From: Octopus sinensis
Taxonomy: Eukaryota
NCBI RefSeq assembly: GCF_006345805.1
Contig: NC_043010.1
Span: 32,302,001-32,366,000, forward strand
DNA: 64,000 nucleotides
Direction of reading: 5' to 3'
Made by a program: the position numbers and the translations under genes. This document shows positions 39,500 through 51,754 of the stretch, piece after piece (positions within the stretch are counted from its first letter, which is position 1; the number at the start of each line of letters is the position of its first letter). The notes below the pieces were generated by a model. That model worked only from the letters and a program-made list of their open reading frames with translations. It had not been told where the DNA came from and ran no database searches.

Positions 39500-39820
39500 T
39501 AAAACAGAACGGGTTAAAGATGGCGTCGAACAATGGAGACGATGTTGGTCTGCAACAATTTGGTTAAAGGCCTTTTGGTAAGGACTGCTAGAAGCAAGTT
39601 CGAACGGAGAGAAAATATATTGTGACCGTCGCCTTCAGTCGCTGCCGTCCCAAGTCACCGCTGCTGCTGCCAGCGGTCAAACGTTCTACGACCCCCTTGC
39701 CTTGGCTAACTACCACGTAGGCAAAAGGGTCGTGCTTCCGGTGGTTCGCGCATGCGCGAGAGGGCCCTTCCCCGCACGCGCGAAACAGAAATGGACGGTG
39801 CGCGCGCGCACCGTTATAGG
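39500..39820. promoter_or_regulatory. CpG-island-like putative internal promoter of the PLE
   Basis: YY1-like AAGATGGCG (39517-25), ETS-like CTTCCGG (39735-41), NRF1-type palindrome TCGCGCATGCGCGA (39746-59) and a 20-bp palindrome (39795-39814). Confidence 0.5.
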
Positions 39821-40136
39821 ATCACTACACGTCTGTTTTCTGTTTAGTATCAAAGAAGAAGGTTTTCCATCTCAATCTTCGAATAAACTCTTCCGTTTTC
39901 TCTATAAGACCTTTGAGATATTGCTTCCGTGCAGGGATAGGTATATTTTTCTGAGAAAAATCCAGCGGGTAAAGTTCCATCTTTTTCAGCTGTTTGTTCT
40001 TCCTACTTGTGCAGAGTCACTCAAACTTTTATAAGGAGCGGGTTACACCGGAGTAAACACATAAATGTGAAACAAGGTGGAAAAAAGAGTACTCAAATAC
40101 CAGTGGTAGAGTAATATATATATATATATATATATA

Positions 40137-40250
40137 GTGGGTTTCTTTTGGTTTCCATCGACCAGAACCAGCCCAAGGTGCTACATAGTGGGACTGAACT
40201 CGCAACCATGTGATTTGGAAATAAACTTCTTACCATACCTCTACATCTGT
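40137..40250 (-). mobile_element. 5' half of the SINE split at 33411
   Basis: GGGTTTCTTTTGGTTTCCATCGACC...CCCAAGGTGC...GGACTGAAC...AACCATGTG corresponds to 21793-21945. Confidence 0.75.
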
Positions 40251-40579
40251 ACCTATGTATGTGTATTTATTTGTGTTTTTTTTTTATTGTAAACTGGTGA
40301 AATGTATCTACTCTTTTTAATCTCTGTGTTTATGTCTTGAAATGGAATCGTATTAATATTGTTTTGAATGCTGAATTTTATTACCAATTTGTTCTCTTGG
40401 TTCTCCATTACAGCTAGTATATTATCAAGAAACAGATATGAGCAAACTTTAATAAAAACAATTAAATTAGAACATAGCTGTGTTTTCACTGTTGTGATTT
40501 AGATTCATTCATATGAAATTGTTTGCTGAAAGTTCACAGGTAGCAAGTTGTTGTCCTGTTCTTGTATGTTTAGAATATA

Positions 40580-40973
40580 TCTTTATATATAAAAGTGAAG
40601 TTGTGTGTCTGTCTCCTACGATTTAGATTCCTAACTACTCCCACATTTTGCGGTGCAGTGTAACCAAAAGCGGGTATCTTATAGTAGTGATTCATATCGA
40701 GCCCTTCTGGGTATTAGCATGCGGCTACGATGAGTCTATGATTTTAAAAAAGATTTACCATCATTTTTTCCCATTTTTAATGCATTTTTTGCTATTATAT
40801 AAGGGAAGTAACTCTCTAAAAATGTATTATTAAATCTCAGGACGTAAAAAGCTACAGTAACACCCCGCTTTGTGTTTAGCCATATTGAGATGGCTATTAT
40901 ACTTTACATCTCTAAAAATGCTTATATAGTTATTTCCCTTACAAACCCGAGCAACGCCGGGTGATACTGCTAG
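40580..40973 (+). mobile_element. Non-autonomous Helitron (394 bp)
   Basis: A|TC start, subterminal hairpin CCCG-AGCAACGC-CGGG, CTAG|T end, no TSD. Confidence 0.85.
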
Positions 40974-42439
40974 TATATAAATAAATACATACAAACACCC
41001 CACCCCACACATATATATATATAGCTCCCTAGCATATCAGTTTAAAGTCCAACCCGTGCCACCATGGGAAAACAGACGTTAAATGATGATGATGATAATG
41101 ATGATATATGTATGTATGTATGTATGTATATAACTCTCCCAGCTGTAACATTAGTAGGTAGGTTTGTCTTTTATTATGTTCTATTTTGTGAGAAATTCTA
41201 AGTGTTAAATTTTCTCTTTATTCCCTTGAAGAAAACAGATTTTTGCATGATGTAACACCTTTGTTCACCAATAAGGAACACATCTATTACTTCTGCCCAC
41301 TCTACCCAATTTTACTATTCCCTTCACTGATCACTCTACTCCCAATACATTATGTCACCTACTGCTAATCTAACCCACTTCACTAATTGACCTATTGACT
41401 ATTCTACCCTTACTTCAGTAGTTCAACCACTGATCAGACTACCCACCAAATTTATTCCTCCATAACTTGACCACTCTATTCCTTACCTCACTACTCTTAT
41501 TACTGATGATACTGCCTGTTTCTCTATTCCATCAGCTGGTCATTCTATAACTGTCAGACATTCTAGGGACAGAAGGAAAATCTCTCAGACAATAACAATA
41601 TCAATGTAAAATGTATGTAAAACCGATTCTATTATTCCATACTTAATACCTAGTATTCATTCAAACAATGGCAATATTTTATATCTCATTACTTTAATTT
41701 ATCATCAAGTTGACTACAGAGATCCAAGCATCAAGATATGTCATAACACACAATTATATCGCACACAGATGTTTACATTAGCTACTTGAACAAACTTATG
41801 TTGGTATTCACATACACCTATATATACATGTGTGTGTGTGTGTGTGCATATATGTATAATATAGCTACTGCTAAAGTGAAGAGACACATAAAATGAAATT
41901 AAGTTCCATATTGAAATAAATACATTAGATATTCTATAAATATGTTGCTTGATTTTATTTTCGAGTGTCTCTCCATTTTGGCTGCACATATATATATGTT
42001 GTGATTTTAGTAGAGTACCTGTGCTCTCAACAATGATGGTTGGTGTTTTACTAGACTTTGTGATAATTATAACATTTTGGTTTGTATTTATGAACATTAG
42101 ATTTTTCCAATTGGAGGTATTGTTGAAAAATGTACACGATGAAAGTTGTTGATGAGAGTATGAGAATATAAATAAAAATGCCAAAACAAGAAAAATAATA
42201 AAATTATGCTTATCTTCCCTTCCCCCCTCCCAATATTGTGCTGATTTGATTACTCTTAGTATTGGCAATACGTTGTAGACAACAATTTTTCGTTATTATA
42301 CATTTTGTTAATTTCTACTATAAGTTCTTTACCTAACTACACAAATGTTGTACATGTATATATATTCAAAACTAGAAAAATATAGGCATATTTACACATA
42401 GGTGCATCATCTAACAAATGGGTAACACATTTTCTAAAG

Positions 42440-43310
42440 GTTTTCAAGGAACAGCAGGTTTTTAGTATATGTAATGCCAGTGTGCATGCATGACTGAGTG
42501 TAAGTGTCCTGAGAGAAAAGTTGGGCATAAGAGGTATCAGATGTGGTGTGCAAGAGAGAAGACTGTGATGGTATAGTCATGTGATGCATATGGATGAAGA
42601 TAGCTGTGTGAAGAAGTGATGCACTCTAATGGTGAAGGGAACCTGTGGAAGAGATAGACCCAGGAAGACATGGAACAAGTGGTGAAGCACGATCTTTGAA
42701 TATTGGGCCTCATGGAGGCAATGACAAGCAACTGAGATCTTTGGCAATATCCCGTGCTTGAGAAGACCGTCAGACCAAGTGAGATCGTAGTTGTGGCCAA
42801 TGCCATTGATGCATACCTGGCCCGTTAAAAGCACCCTTTAAATATTAGGTAATACGCTGTGCTTATGAAGACCTGTTGAGTCAAGTGAAATCGCAGTCAT
42901 GGCAGATGCTAGTGCTGTCTGACCGGACTTCATTCCAGTGCCACGTAAAAAGTATTATTCAAGTATTGGGCCTCATGGAGACAGTGACAGGTGACTAAGA
43001 CCTTTGACAATATAACGTATTTGTGTAAACCTGTCAAGCCAAGTGAGACCATAGTCGTGGCTGATGTTGGTGTCAGGTCAATGGCACACGTGCCGGTGGC
43101 ATGTAAAAAGTACCCACTACACTCTTGGAGTGGTTGGCATTAAGAAGGACGTCCAACTGTAGAAGCCTTGCCAAATCAGATTGGAATTTGGTGCAGCTCC
43201 CTGGCTTACCAGTTTTCAGTCAAACCATGCAACTGATGCCAGCATGGAAAACAGATGTTAAATCATAATGATGATGAGGAGGAGGATGGTAGTGATGAGG
43301 ATGATGATGT
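42440..43310 (+). mobile_element. RTE LINE 3' end with internally repeated 3' UTR and (GAT)n tail
   Basis: LREKLGIRGIRCGVQERRL*WYSH and GRDRPRKTW-like frames; tail shared with other copies. Confidence 0.75.
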
Positions 43311-44489
43311 AAAAGCTGTGCATTTAAAACATATTTGACATAGTTCATACAAAAACTACAAATAAGCTTTATTATTCACATTCACTGAAAAAATTCCTGG
43401 AGAAAAGCATTTTTTATGAAACAACACCAGTACACCTAGGTCTTCTAAATTTTCAGTCTGTTCTTTCAAATTATTTATGTTTTTTGTTTTACTTAAAGCA
43501 ACATTGAGTTAGCCATGACTAAGCTATGAAGTTTGTATGACTTTTGATGGCCTCAGTGGGAAAAATCAAATCAGACTTAAGTATCATTAGTCTATTGTAC
43601 GGCAGCTACTTACTTCAAAAGAATTCTTCAGGCTACAAGAAAGATTTAGAAATCTCTTATTAATGTGACGTAAGGCAAAAAATGGAAAATATATTATTCG
43701 GGAGCTTTATAATGAGTTGTGTGTATGCTATAACATAATGATTTATGATATCAATGAAATATGTATTTTGTCTCATTACAAGAGTGTTATATATAGAGAT
43801 ACATAGAATCTATTGTATATACACATCTAGTGAATAAGTAAATAAGCTAAAGTCAAATACCCGATACCTTTCAGTAAGTCGAATATAAAATATGATAGTG
43901 GAATAAAGCATAAAACATGACATAGAATAATTAATTGTGCAACGAGTGTTAATACAAATACACATAGCATATTAAATATACATTGATGACATGTAGTGTA
44001 TTGTATGTATTGATTAGATTTACCAATGAGAAAAAGGAGAAAATTATTTTGATCATCAGAACTTGTGCACATAAAAACCTTCAAATACAAAATGTAAATA
44101 GAATGTCTCTAGCCAGTAAGTAAGTAGAGCCTCTGTACAATAATTTAGAAAGTAAATCATATAAAAGTATACAACTTGCACAAGTTGAAATGTTTGCTTA
44201 CACCCCTATAACTTAGTGGTTTTGCACAAAATGGCTGACAAAATAAGTGGCAGGCTTAAAAAGTAAATAAGTACTGGGATTAAATTGTTTGACTAAAACT
44301 CTTGAAGGTGGTGCACCAGCATGGCTGCAGTCTAATGATTGAAACAAGTAAAAGGTAAAAGAAATGTAAAAGGTTGTTCAAGCTAAATTTGACAGTTTGC
44401 AAAAAAGGAAAAGCAGACACAGTCTCCCAAACAAAAATAAACGTATTCAAAAGAATCAAAAGTTATCAACTAGATTATGGCTAGGAGAT

Positions 44490-45030
44490 AACAGTTTGCT
44501 TGAAGTAGCTGCTCTCAGCTCACATCATGGTTTCAAAACAGCTGTAGAACCTGGTGAATGTGTTCCTCACTGTGTCCCTGGGAAGATCTTCAAACACATC
44601 CTTGATCTTAGGCACCAGCTCAGCCTTGGTGGTGCAAGCTGTGGTTGGTGTTTTTGTCAACTATGGTCCACGCATAGTAATCCATGAGATTACACTCATG
44701 GTAATTAGGGGGTTAGAAATCGGGGCTGGTGAAATCATGGAAATTCTCCAACAACTACTTCTAACTTTTTCCAGGGGTAAGGCATGAAGCCGAATCTTGG
44801 TGCTATGCATATTACCTACCAGCAGCAACTCTCTCCAGTCAGGGATTGACCATTGGAACTGAGCTTAAGGCCTTGTTCAAAGACTTGGTGGGTGAATTCC
44901 AGGATGCAGACCCACTTAGAATGCTGTTGTGTCCCCTCCTGCTGCCCAGAACATCATAGTCTCTGTTGCAGCCTTACATGTCTTACAACCTTTAGAGAGT
45001 TCACAGAGCTTTGAGCCTCAGTCATGATGT
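44490..45030 (-). pseudogene. maT/DD37D-like transposase C-terminal relic
   Basis: ECNLMDYYAWTIVDKNTN (SPDLNPLDY-type motif) and KAELVPKIKDVFEDLPRDTVRN. Confidence 0.6.
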
Positions 45031-45035
45031 TGGTA

Positions 45036-45342
45036 GTGGAGACACATGGCCTAGTGGTTAGAGCAGCAGACTCACAGTCAAGGGATTGAGGGTTCGAATC
45101 TCAGACCGGACGATGTGTGTGTTTATGAGCGAAACACCTAAGCTCCACGCGGCTCCGGCAGAAGGTAATGGCGAAACTTCTGCTGACTCTTTCACCACAA
45201 CTTTCTCTCACTCTTTCCTCCTGCATCTTGCAGCTCACCTGCGATGGACCGGAGTCCCGTCCAGGTGGGGAACCTATATGCCAAGAAATCGGGAAACTGG
45301 ACCTTATGAGCCAGGCATGGCTCAAGAAAGAACAAACAACAT
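45036..45342 (+). mobile_element. tRNA-derived SINE related to 3903-4213 with a different 3' half
   Basis: A-box TGGCCTAGTGG and B-box GGTTCGAATC. Confidence 0.85.
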
Positions 45343-45859
45343 GATGTTGGCATTTTAATACCTGCTGCTGAATCACCATGATACAAGTAACTCTTTACCA
45401 GTATTCAGATGGCTTCAAGTCTTCCATGTCAGCTAACTCTTACTCAACTACGACTTTAATCTTCATGCTTTCTGTGTTGTTGACTCTTCACCAGTACCTC
45501 AAGCTGTTCCTGAAAAAGGGAGACAAAAATTTCATCATATTGAGTCTGAACGAACATTCTTTGAATGTGTGTGTGTGTGTGTGTGTATTACTATTTACAC
45601 GTTTCAGTCATTTGACTGCAGCTATTCTGGAGCACCATCTTTAGACGAACAAATCGACCCCAAGACTTATTCTTTGTACTTATTCTGAACTGCTAAGTGT
45701 CTGGGACATAAACACACTAACATCAGTTGTCAGGCAATGGTGGGGGACAAATACAGGCACAAAGACACACACACATAAATATGTACGTTCATATATATAT
45801 ATATATGTATGTATGTATATATGTATGTATGTATGTATATATGTATGTATGTGTGCATA

Positions 45860-46075
45860 CACAGAGTGGGATGGTTAAATTTTTGCCATTTTATATTTTT
45901 AATTTCCTACATGTGCATTGTTTGTCTTTGATTTTGTCAATTACACAGTATAGTAGGGTCAGTTGAGCACCATCTGTGAGGAAAACAGCACCATGATGCA
46001 ATTCACTCTGCCAAAAATTTGGAAACAACATGCTGTACTGCTTGGCATTCATGCTGAAAGCTCCAATACAAACAT
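45860..46075 (+). mobile_element. Probable 5' end of a Tc1/mariner-type element
   Basis: TIR-like start after a microsatellite, then MMQFTLPKIWKQHAVLLGIHAESSNTN, resembling a transposase N-terminus. Confidence 0.4.
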
Positions 46076-46365
46076 GAGTGCACCAAACTTCACGTGTGTG
46101 TATGCCCACATTTTTGTGGATGCTTGTATGAGCGAGTGTACTCGTGCAAAGCAGCTTGCTCGAGGGTGTTTATTCATCCATATGTGTTAACATTTATTTT
46201 TAATACTATTCTCATTGGGTTGCATGTTCGTTTCTCTTTTTGCCATCTGTGATTTTATTTTTTATCTTCTATATAAATGAAGATATTTCCTCTGTCTGGC
46301 TGCTTTTCTCTCTACAAAATGGAAAGTTACATTGTGGAACAGTCATTTTAACCAGTTGTGTGTGT

Positions 46366-46427
<62 letters not shown>

Positions 46428-46467
46428 TATCAGATCAGACTTTCTTGAAGAAATAAATTTTATATCT

Positions 46468-46535
<68 letters not shown>

Positions 46536-47239
46536 AATGTTTATATATATATATAAATAGCTATATATAAAATACATGCATATATATACTAGCTGAATAT
46601 ATCTGTGGTTCTTAAAAACCAATTTTCCTATATTTCTTTTGTTCTCATCAGACTTTTGCCCGTTTTGCTATTTGCGTGCAAATATTATTGCACTTTTTTA
46701 ACTCCTTCCTTTGCTCTCCCTGTTGCTTTGTTGCTATTGTACATTTCTGTCAGTCAGTGTTACTTCTCAGCAACATTAGTTTCATTTTGCTTGATATATT
46801 AGAAATCGAATTTCATATCTACTCCTTTGTAGATTATCAACTTTAAGAATAAATGACTTAATGGCTCTTACATGATTGTTTGATCTGGGCTATCCTTCAA
46901 AAAGCTAAATTATTCTCTTAAATTATCAATATTTCTGAAGAATTTTGAAGGAAAGTATCACAATTTTCACATTTCTGTGGTCTTTCCCATTTAAACAATT
47001 TATATGATATTTTAACCACATTTATTTAGTTTTGTAATAAATATTGCATTGTACTTTTAAAAATATTTTGTTATTTTTGTCAAAATTTCTTAGGGATTCT
47101 CCACTTAAACAGGGCACCTTTTTCCTTTTCTTATATGTTCCTTTTTGTCTCTTTATATGTTACTGTGTAAATATGTTTTCCGCCATGTTAATTGAAAAGC
47201 TGAATGAACAAGTAGATATGTGTGTGTTAATGGTGCAAA

Positions 47240-47633
47240 TCTCTCTATATACAAAGCTGAAGTTGTCTGTGTATGGCAGGCTTGGTAGCCTTCAACTAAC
47301 ACTAACTCCTCCGAGACCCTGTGGCGCAAGTTGACCAAAATTGAGAGTATGATAGAAGAAGGCTTGCTCTTCCTTCCATAAAAGAAAAACTTCAAATCAA
47401 ACCATGTTAAGACCAAAAATTATTTACATCAAAAAGGTGCTTTTTTTTTCTACGAAAATCCCTATTTTTTACGATTTTTTTACTGCTGTGTCGCCATTTT
47501 TCGGTGTATTTCAACCAGAAAAATGTTCACTTAAAGAGAATAACAAGCTACATAATGCAAAATTTTTACTTTTCAAAAATTGCAATTCTAAAGGGTCGAA
47601 ACAAACCCGAGCAACGCCAGGCAATACTGCTAG
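47240..47633 (+). mobile_element. Non-autonomous Helitron (394 bp), second subtype
   Basis: A|TC start and ACAAACCCGAGCAACGCCAGG..ATACTGCTAG|T end, shared with 40580-40973. Confidence 0.85.
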
Positions 47634-48339
47634 TAAAAGAAAAAGTTATCCAGTTAAGTATAACTTAATTTGGTTTGTAAAAAGTGGCTAAAACTCTGAG
47701 CGTATTTTTTATTTACCAAAGACTCATTTGAATCATGCTAGATTCATCGATCATTCATTTTAGCTGAAGACAAACATTAAACGGGATGGACAAAATATGA
47801 TCTTTTGATTGGTCAGTGGGATCAGAAGGTTAATAGGGAGAGAGGAAGAGATACTTTGATGTAGTCAAAATTATAATATATTGAAGTTAAAAATCAAAAT
47901 TAGGTAAAAGTGGGATAACTTGCGTATGGTTAGTAGGTTTGTAGACATGTAATTTTCCTTAATGCATGGGACTTAAGGCAATGAACCCTTAGTTGATACC
48001 AATGACTTCAACATAATATAAAAATATGTGTATTGGCAGGAGAGGCAGTATTATTAACTGCAAAAGGTAATATTTATCTCTATTTAAATATGAATGTTCA
48101 CTCAGGCTCATGGAGCCCGCACTTGCAGACAGCAATCTCCACTAAATGACAGGACTTGACTTTATCCAGAAAAGTAAATATAAACTGGTGGAAATCCAGT
48201 GACAAGATATTAAAATAAGGTGAAAGTTCATATAATTAACTGGCAACTCATATCCAGTAATAGTTCACCTATTACACTGCACCAGCTAACTCAATAAAAA
48301 CAATATTTGGAATTGTATATAGAATTACTGGTCAAAATC

Positions 48340-48760
48340 ACCATCATTTAATGACCATTTCCCATGCTGGCATGGGTTAGATGGCTTGACTGGAGCTGGT
48401 AAGCCAGAGAGTTGCACCAGACTCCAGTCTGTTTTGACTTGGTTTCTACAGCTGGATGCCCTTCTTAATGCCAACCACTCTAAAGAGTGTAATGGGTGTC
48501 CTTTAGATGTCACTGGCCCTGGTGCCTTTTACATATCACCAGAACTAGTACCTTTTATGTGTTATCAGCACTGACCATGACCATGATTTCACTTAGCTTT
48601 ATGCATCTTCTCAAGCACAGCAAATTGCCAGAAGTTTCAGTCACTTGTCACAGATTCCATGAGACTCAACAACCAAAGATCATATTTCCCCACCTTGTCC
48701 CACATCTTGCTGGGTCTTTCCACAATTAGAGATCAGCACTTTTAAACAAGATGAATTCTG
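48340..48760 (-). mobile_element. RTE LINE 3' tail
   Basis: Reverse-complement similarity to 42650-43270. Confidence 0.7.
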
Positions 48761-49166
48761 AAGCAGGTACTTGATAAATTAATATCATAGAATAAGTAAC
48801 AGGCTTCAAATAGAGATAACTACTTGTGTCAGTTTGTTCAAGGCAGTGCATCAGCATGGTTGCAGTCCAATGACTGAAACAAGATATATATATTTCGTTT
48901 TTTGATTTCCTCATAAGGGATTATTTATAACCATCCAGATACCAACTTGTGTTATTAAATATATTGAAAGAAAGTTCCACAATATATATGTATAAACAGT
49001 CCAATAATGTGTAAAGTTAATAAAAGAAAATGGAGAAGAAAAAAGATAGTGGCTACTTGGTTAGATATATTTGTATCACAATGAAAGAGTAATACATATA
49101 AGATTCAGGATATAAAGGGGCTGGATCAACAAAAGAAATAACCAAAGAAATAACTAAAAAAAAAAA

Positions 49167-49263
49167 ATCCTACATGTTTCAATCTAGCTTTAGGTTTGAA
49201 TTATCTGCATTCAAGCTGTTTTAAATGTAAAAAAACCACATTTAGTCATATATCTTCAGGGAT
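49167..49263 (-). ncRNA. Type-I hammerhead motif with 72-nt expanded helix II region
   Basis: AUCC-CUGAAGA-[UAUAUG...UAGAUU]-GAAAC-AU-GUA^GGAU; palindromic ACAUGU helix III. Confidence 0.7.
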
Positions 49264-49885
49264 AGATGTGTACTTTCAGGTGTTGAACAACGAAAGAAAC
49301 TAAGGTGAGGATCGTGTTTTCAAATATTCAAATATAAACAATAATTTATTAGGATACCAAGTTCATGTGAGGAGATATTATACATTGAAATTTTGCTAAA
49401 ATACTATAATGTATTAGAAAGATATACATAAGGGATTAAGGGATATAAATAAGTCATTTGTCATGGACTTTTAAGGGTATTAAAAACAGAATGAGAGATG
49501 AAATAGATTTTTGAGGGGAAAAAACATGAATGATTTTGGGAAATAAAAGAAGAAAATAACTCTATATATACTGTAATAATTATTAATATTTATCATTTCT
49601 ATGTACTAACATAGAAATGATAGATATTCAGAGAAAAGTTATTGTTTACATACTACAGAGATGAATATATCTTTGCGAAAAAAGTAAGTGTACAGAGAGA
49701 AAAGTATATTTTATGAGGGGGGAAAATAAAGAAATGAGACGAAATGGGGAAAAAGTGGGATAAAAACACATGATTTTTTATGTGGAGTATAAGGTAAAAA
49801 AAAAAAAAGATTTACGCTTGAATATTTTTAAACACGGTCCTCACCTTAGCTTATTTCATTGTTCAATACCTGAAAGTACACATCT

Positions 49886-49989
49886 ATTCCTGAAGATATC
49901 TGACTAAATGTGTTTTTTTTTTATTACATCTAAAATAGATTGAATGCTGATAATTCAAACCTAAAGCCAGATTGAAACATATTTTGAAT
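49886..49989 (+). ncRNA. Mirror hammerhead copy with decayed helices I/III
   Basis: AUUC-CUGAAGA-[U-AUCUG...CAGAU-U]-GAAAC-AU-AUU-UUGAAU. Confidence 0.45.
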
Positions 49990-50196
49990 TTTTTTTTTAG
50001 TTACTTCTTTGGTTATTCCTTTCATTGAGCCAGTCCCTTTATATCCTGAATCTTATAAGCATTACCTTTTCATTGTGATACAAATAAATTTAACCAAGTA
50101 TCCACTATATTTTTTCTTCTCCATTTTCTGTTATTAACTTTATATATATTATATGTATGTTTGTATGTATGTATATATATATATATATATATATAT

Positions 50197-50237
<41 letters not shown>

Positions 50238-50315
50238 TAGATAGATAGATAGTTAGATAGATATACATACTTATATATACATATAAAGAATATACACACG
50301 TACATATATACAGAT

Positions 50316-50387
<72 letters not shown>

Positions 50388-50444
50388 TATATACATATAT
50401 ATATATATAAATATACATACATACATATATATATATATATACAT

Positions 50445-50769
50445 GTGAAGGCTTGTGGCTAAGTGGTTAGGGGCATTCAGCTAATGATCGTAAGGTCGTG
50501 AGTTCAATTCGCAGCGGCACGTTGGGTCCTTGAGCAAGACACTTTATTTCACATTGCTCCAGTCCATTCAGCTGGCAAAAATGAGTAGTACCTGTATTTC
50601 AAAGGCTCAGCCTTGTCACTCTCTGTGTCATGCTGAATCTCCCCGAGAACTACGTTAAGGGTACACGTGTTTGTGGAGTGCTCAGCCACTTGCATGTTGA
50701 TTTCATGAGCAAAGCTGTTCCATTGATCATATCAGCTGGGACCCTCAGTGTCACTACTGACAGAGTGCT
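50445..50769 (+). mobile_element. tRNA-derived SINE (third family)
   Basis: A-box TGGCTAAGTGG, B-box GAGTTCAATTC and GTCCTTGAGCAAGACACTT body. Confidence 0.8.
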
Positions 50770-51125
50770 CCTTTTCTTTTATATACATATATCCAATGAT
50801 ATACATACATATATACATACATATATATACACATACATACATACATACATACATACATACATACATACATACATACATGCATGCATGCATGCATGCATGC
50901 ATATATACATAGTGAAACTATTTATAACTTATTCTGTCAAAGGTTTCACTTTCATTCTTCAAATTTTGGGATGTAATATGGAACCATTGCCAATGTTGGA
51001 TTGTTTTAATCCAGAAAAATTACATGGGGTATGATAGTATTACCATGTAAAATTTGATTTGATTTGGTCGAACCATTTGAGAATACATTGGGAACAGCTA
51101 GAGGTACAAAGAATTTTATATATAG

Positions 51126-51371
51126 ATTAACAAATTAGTTGTCTTCACTTCTTATAGCCATTTCAATTAATACTCAATGATTTAATTACAAATTTGTACA
51201 TTAAATTTGCATTTGTTACATGAGTATAAATTTCATCAGAGAAAAAAGATGTACCTTGGGATTATATATGAACCTGTCACATAATTGCAAATTTAATGTA
51301 CAAATTTGTAATTAAGTTATCGAGCATTAATTGAAACAGCTGTAAGAAGCGAAGCTGACCGATTTGTTAAT
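51126..51371. repeat. Fold-back inverted repeat (arms 51126-51211 and 51286-51371)
   Basis: TTAATTACAAATTTGTACATTAAATTTGCA is mirrored exactly; outer parts are imperfect. Confidence 0.92.
51149..51243 (-). ncRNA. Type-I hammerhead ribozyme with 12-bp helix II and 44-nt loop
   Basis: UUCU-CUGAUGA-AAUUUAUACUCA...UGAGUAUUAAUU-GAAA-UGGCU-AUA^AGAA; helix II 11/12 paired; predicted cut at 51153/51152. Confidence 0.75.
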
Positions 51372-51754
51372 GATAAATAATTCTTAACTTCCTTATATCC
51401 ATTTTCTTTTCTTGTTTTAACTGGTAGTTCTAATCAGTTTAATTTATGTATTGAACCAGTGTTTCCTTGGATGCAACCATCTCTTCACAAGGTTAACATA
51501 TCCTCTAATTAAATTTGTGTGTGTGTGTGTGTGTAGATAGATAGACATTTTATTCTTTTACTTATTTCAGTCATTTGACTGCACCATGCTTTGAAAGGTG
51601 ACCCCAGGACTTATTTTTATTTTCAAAGCCTAGTACTTATTCCATTGGCTCTTTTGCTGAACTGCTATGTTGCGGAAACATTAACATACCAACACTGGTT
51701 GTCAAGCGGTGATGGGAGGAAAACAAAGACACACGCACACATAGATATACACAT

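Larger units (their letters stand above)
36037..40117 (-). mobile_element. Near-intact Penelope-like retroelement (~4.1 kb; Nematis-like by inference)
   Basis: RT + C-terminal GIY-YIG ORF, CpG-rich 5' region, hammerhead and AATAAA at the 3' extremity, and (TA)n on both flanks. Confidence 0.9.
49012..50142. repeat. Fold-back inverted repeat (arms 49012-49331 and 49818-50142)
   Basis: ~320-bp arms align as reverse complements with scattered substitutions; ~490-bp spacer; abuts TA-rich microsatellite. Confidence 0.95.
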
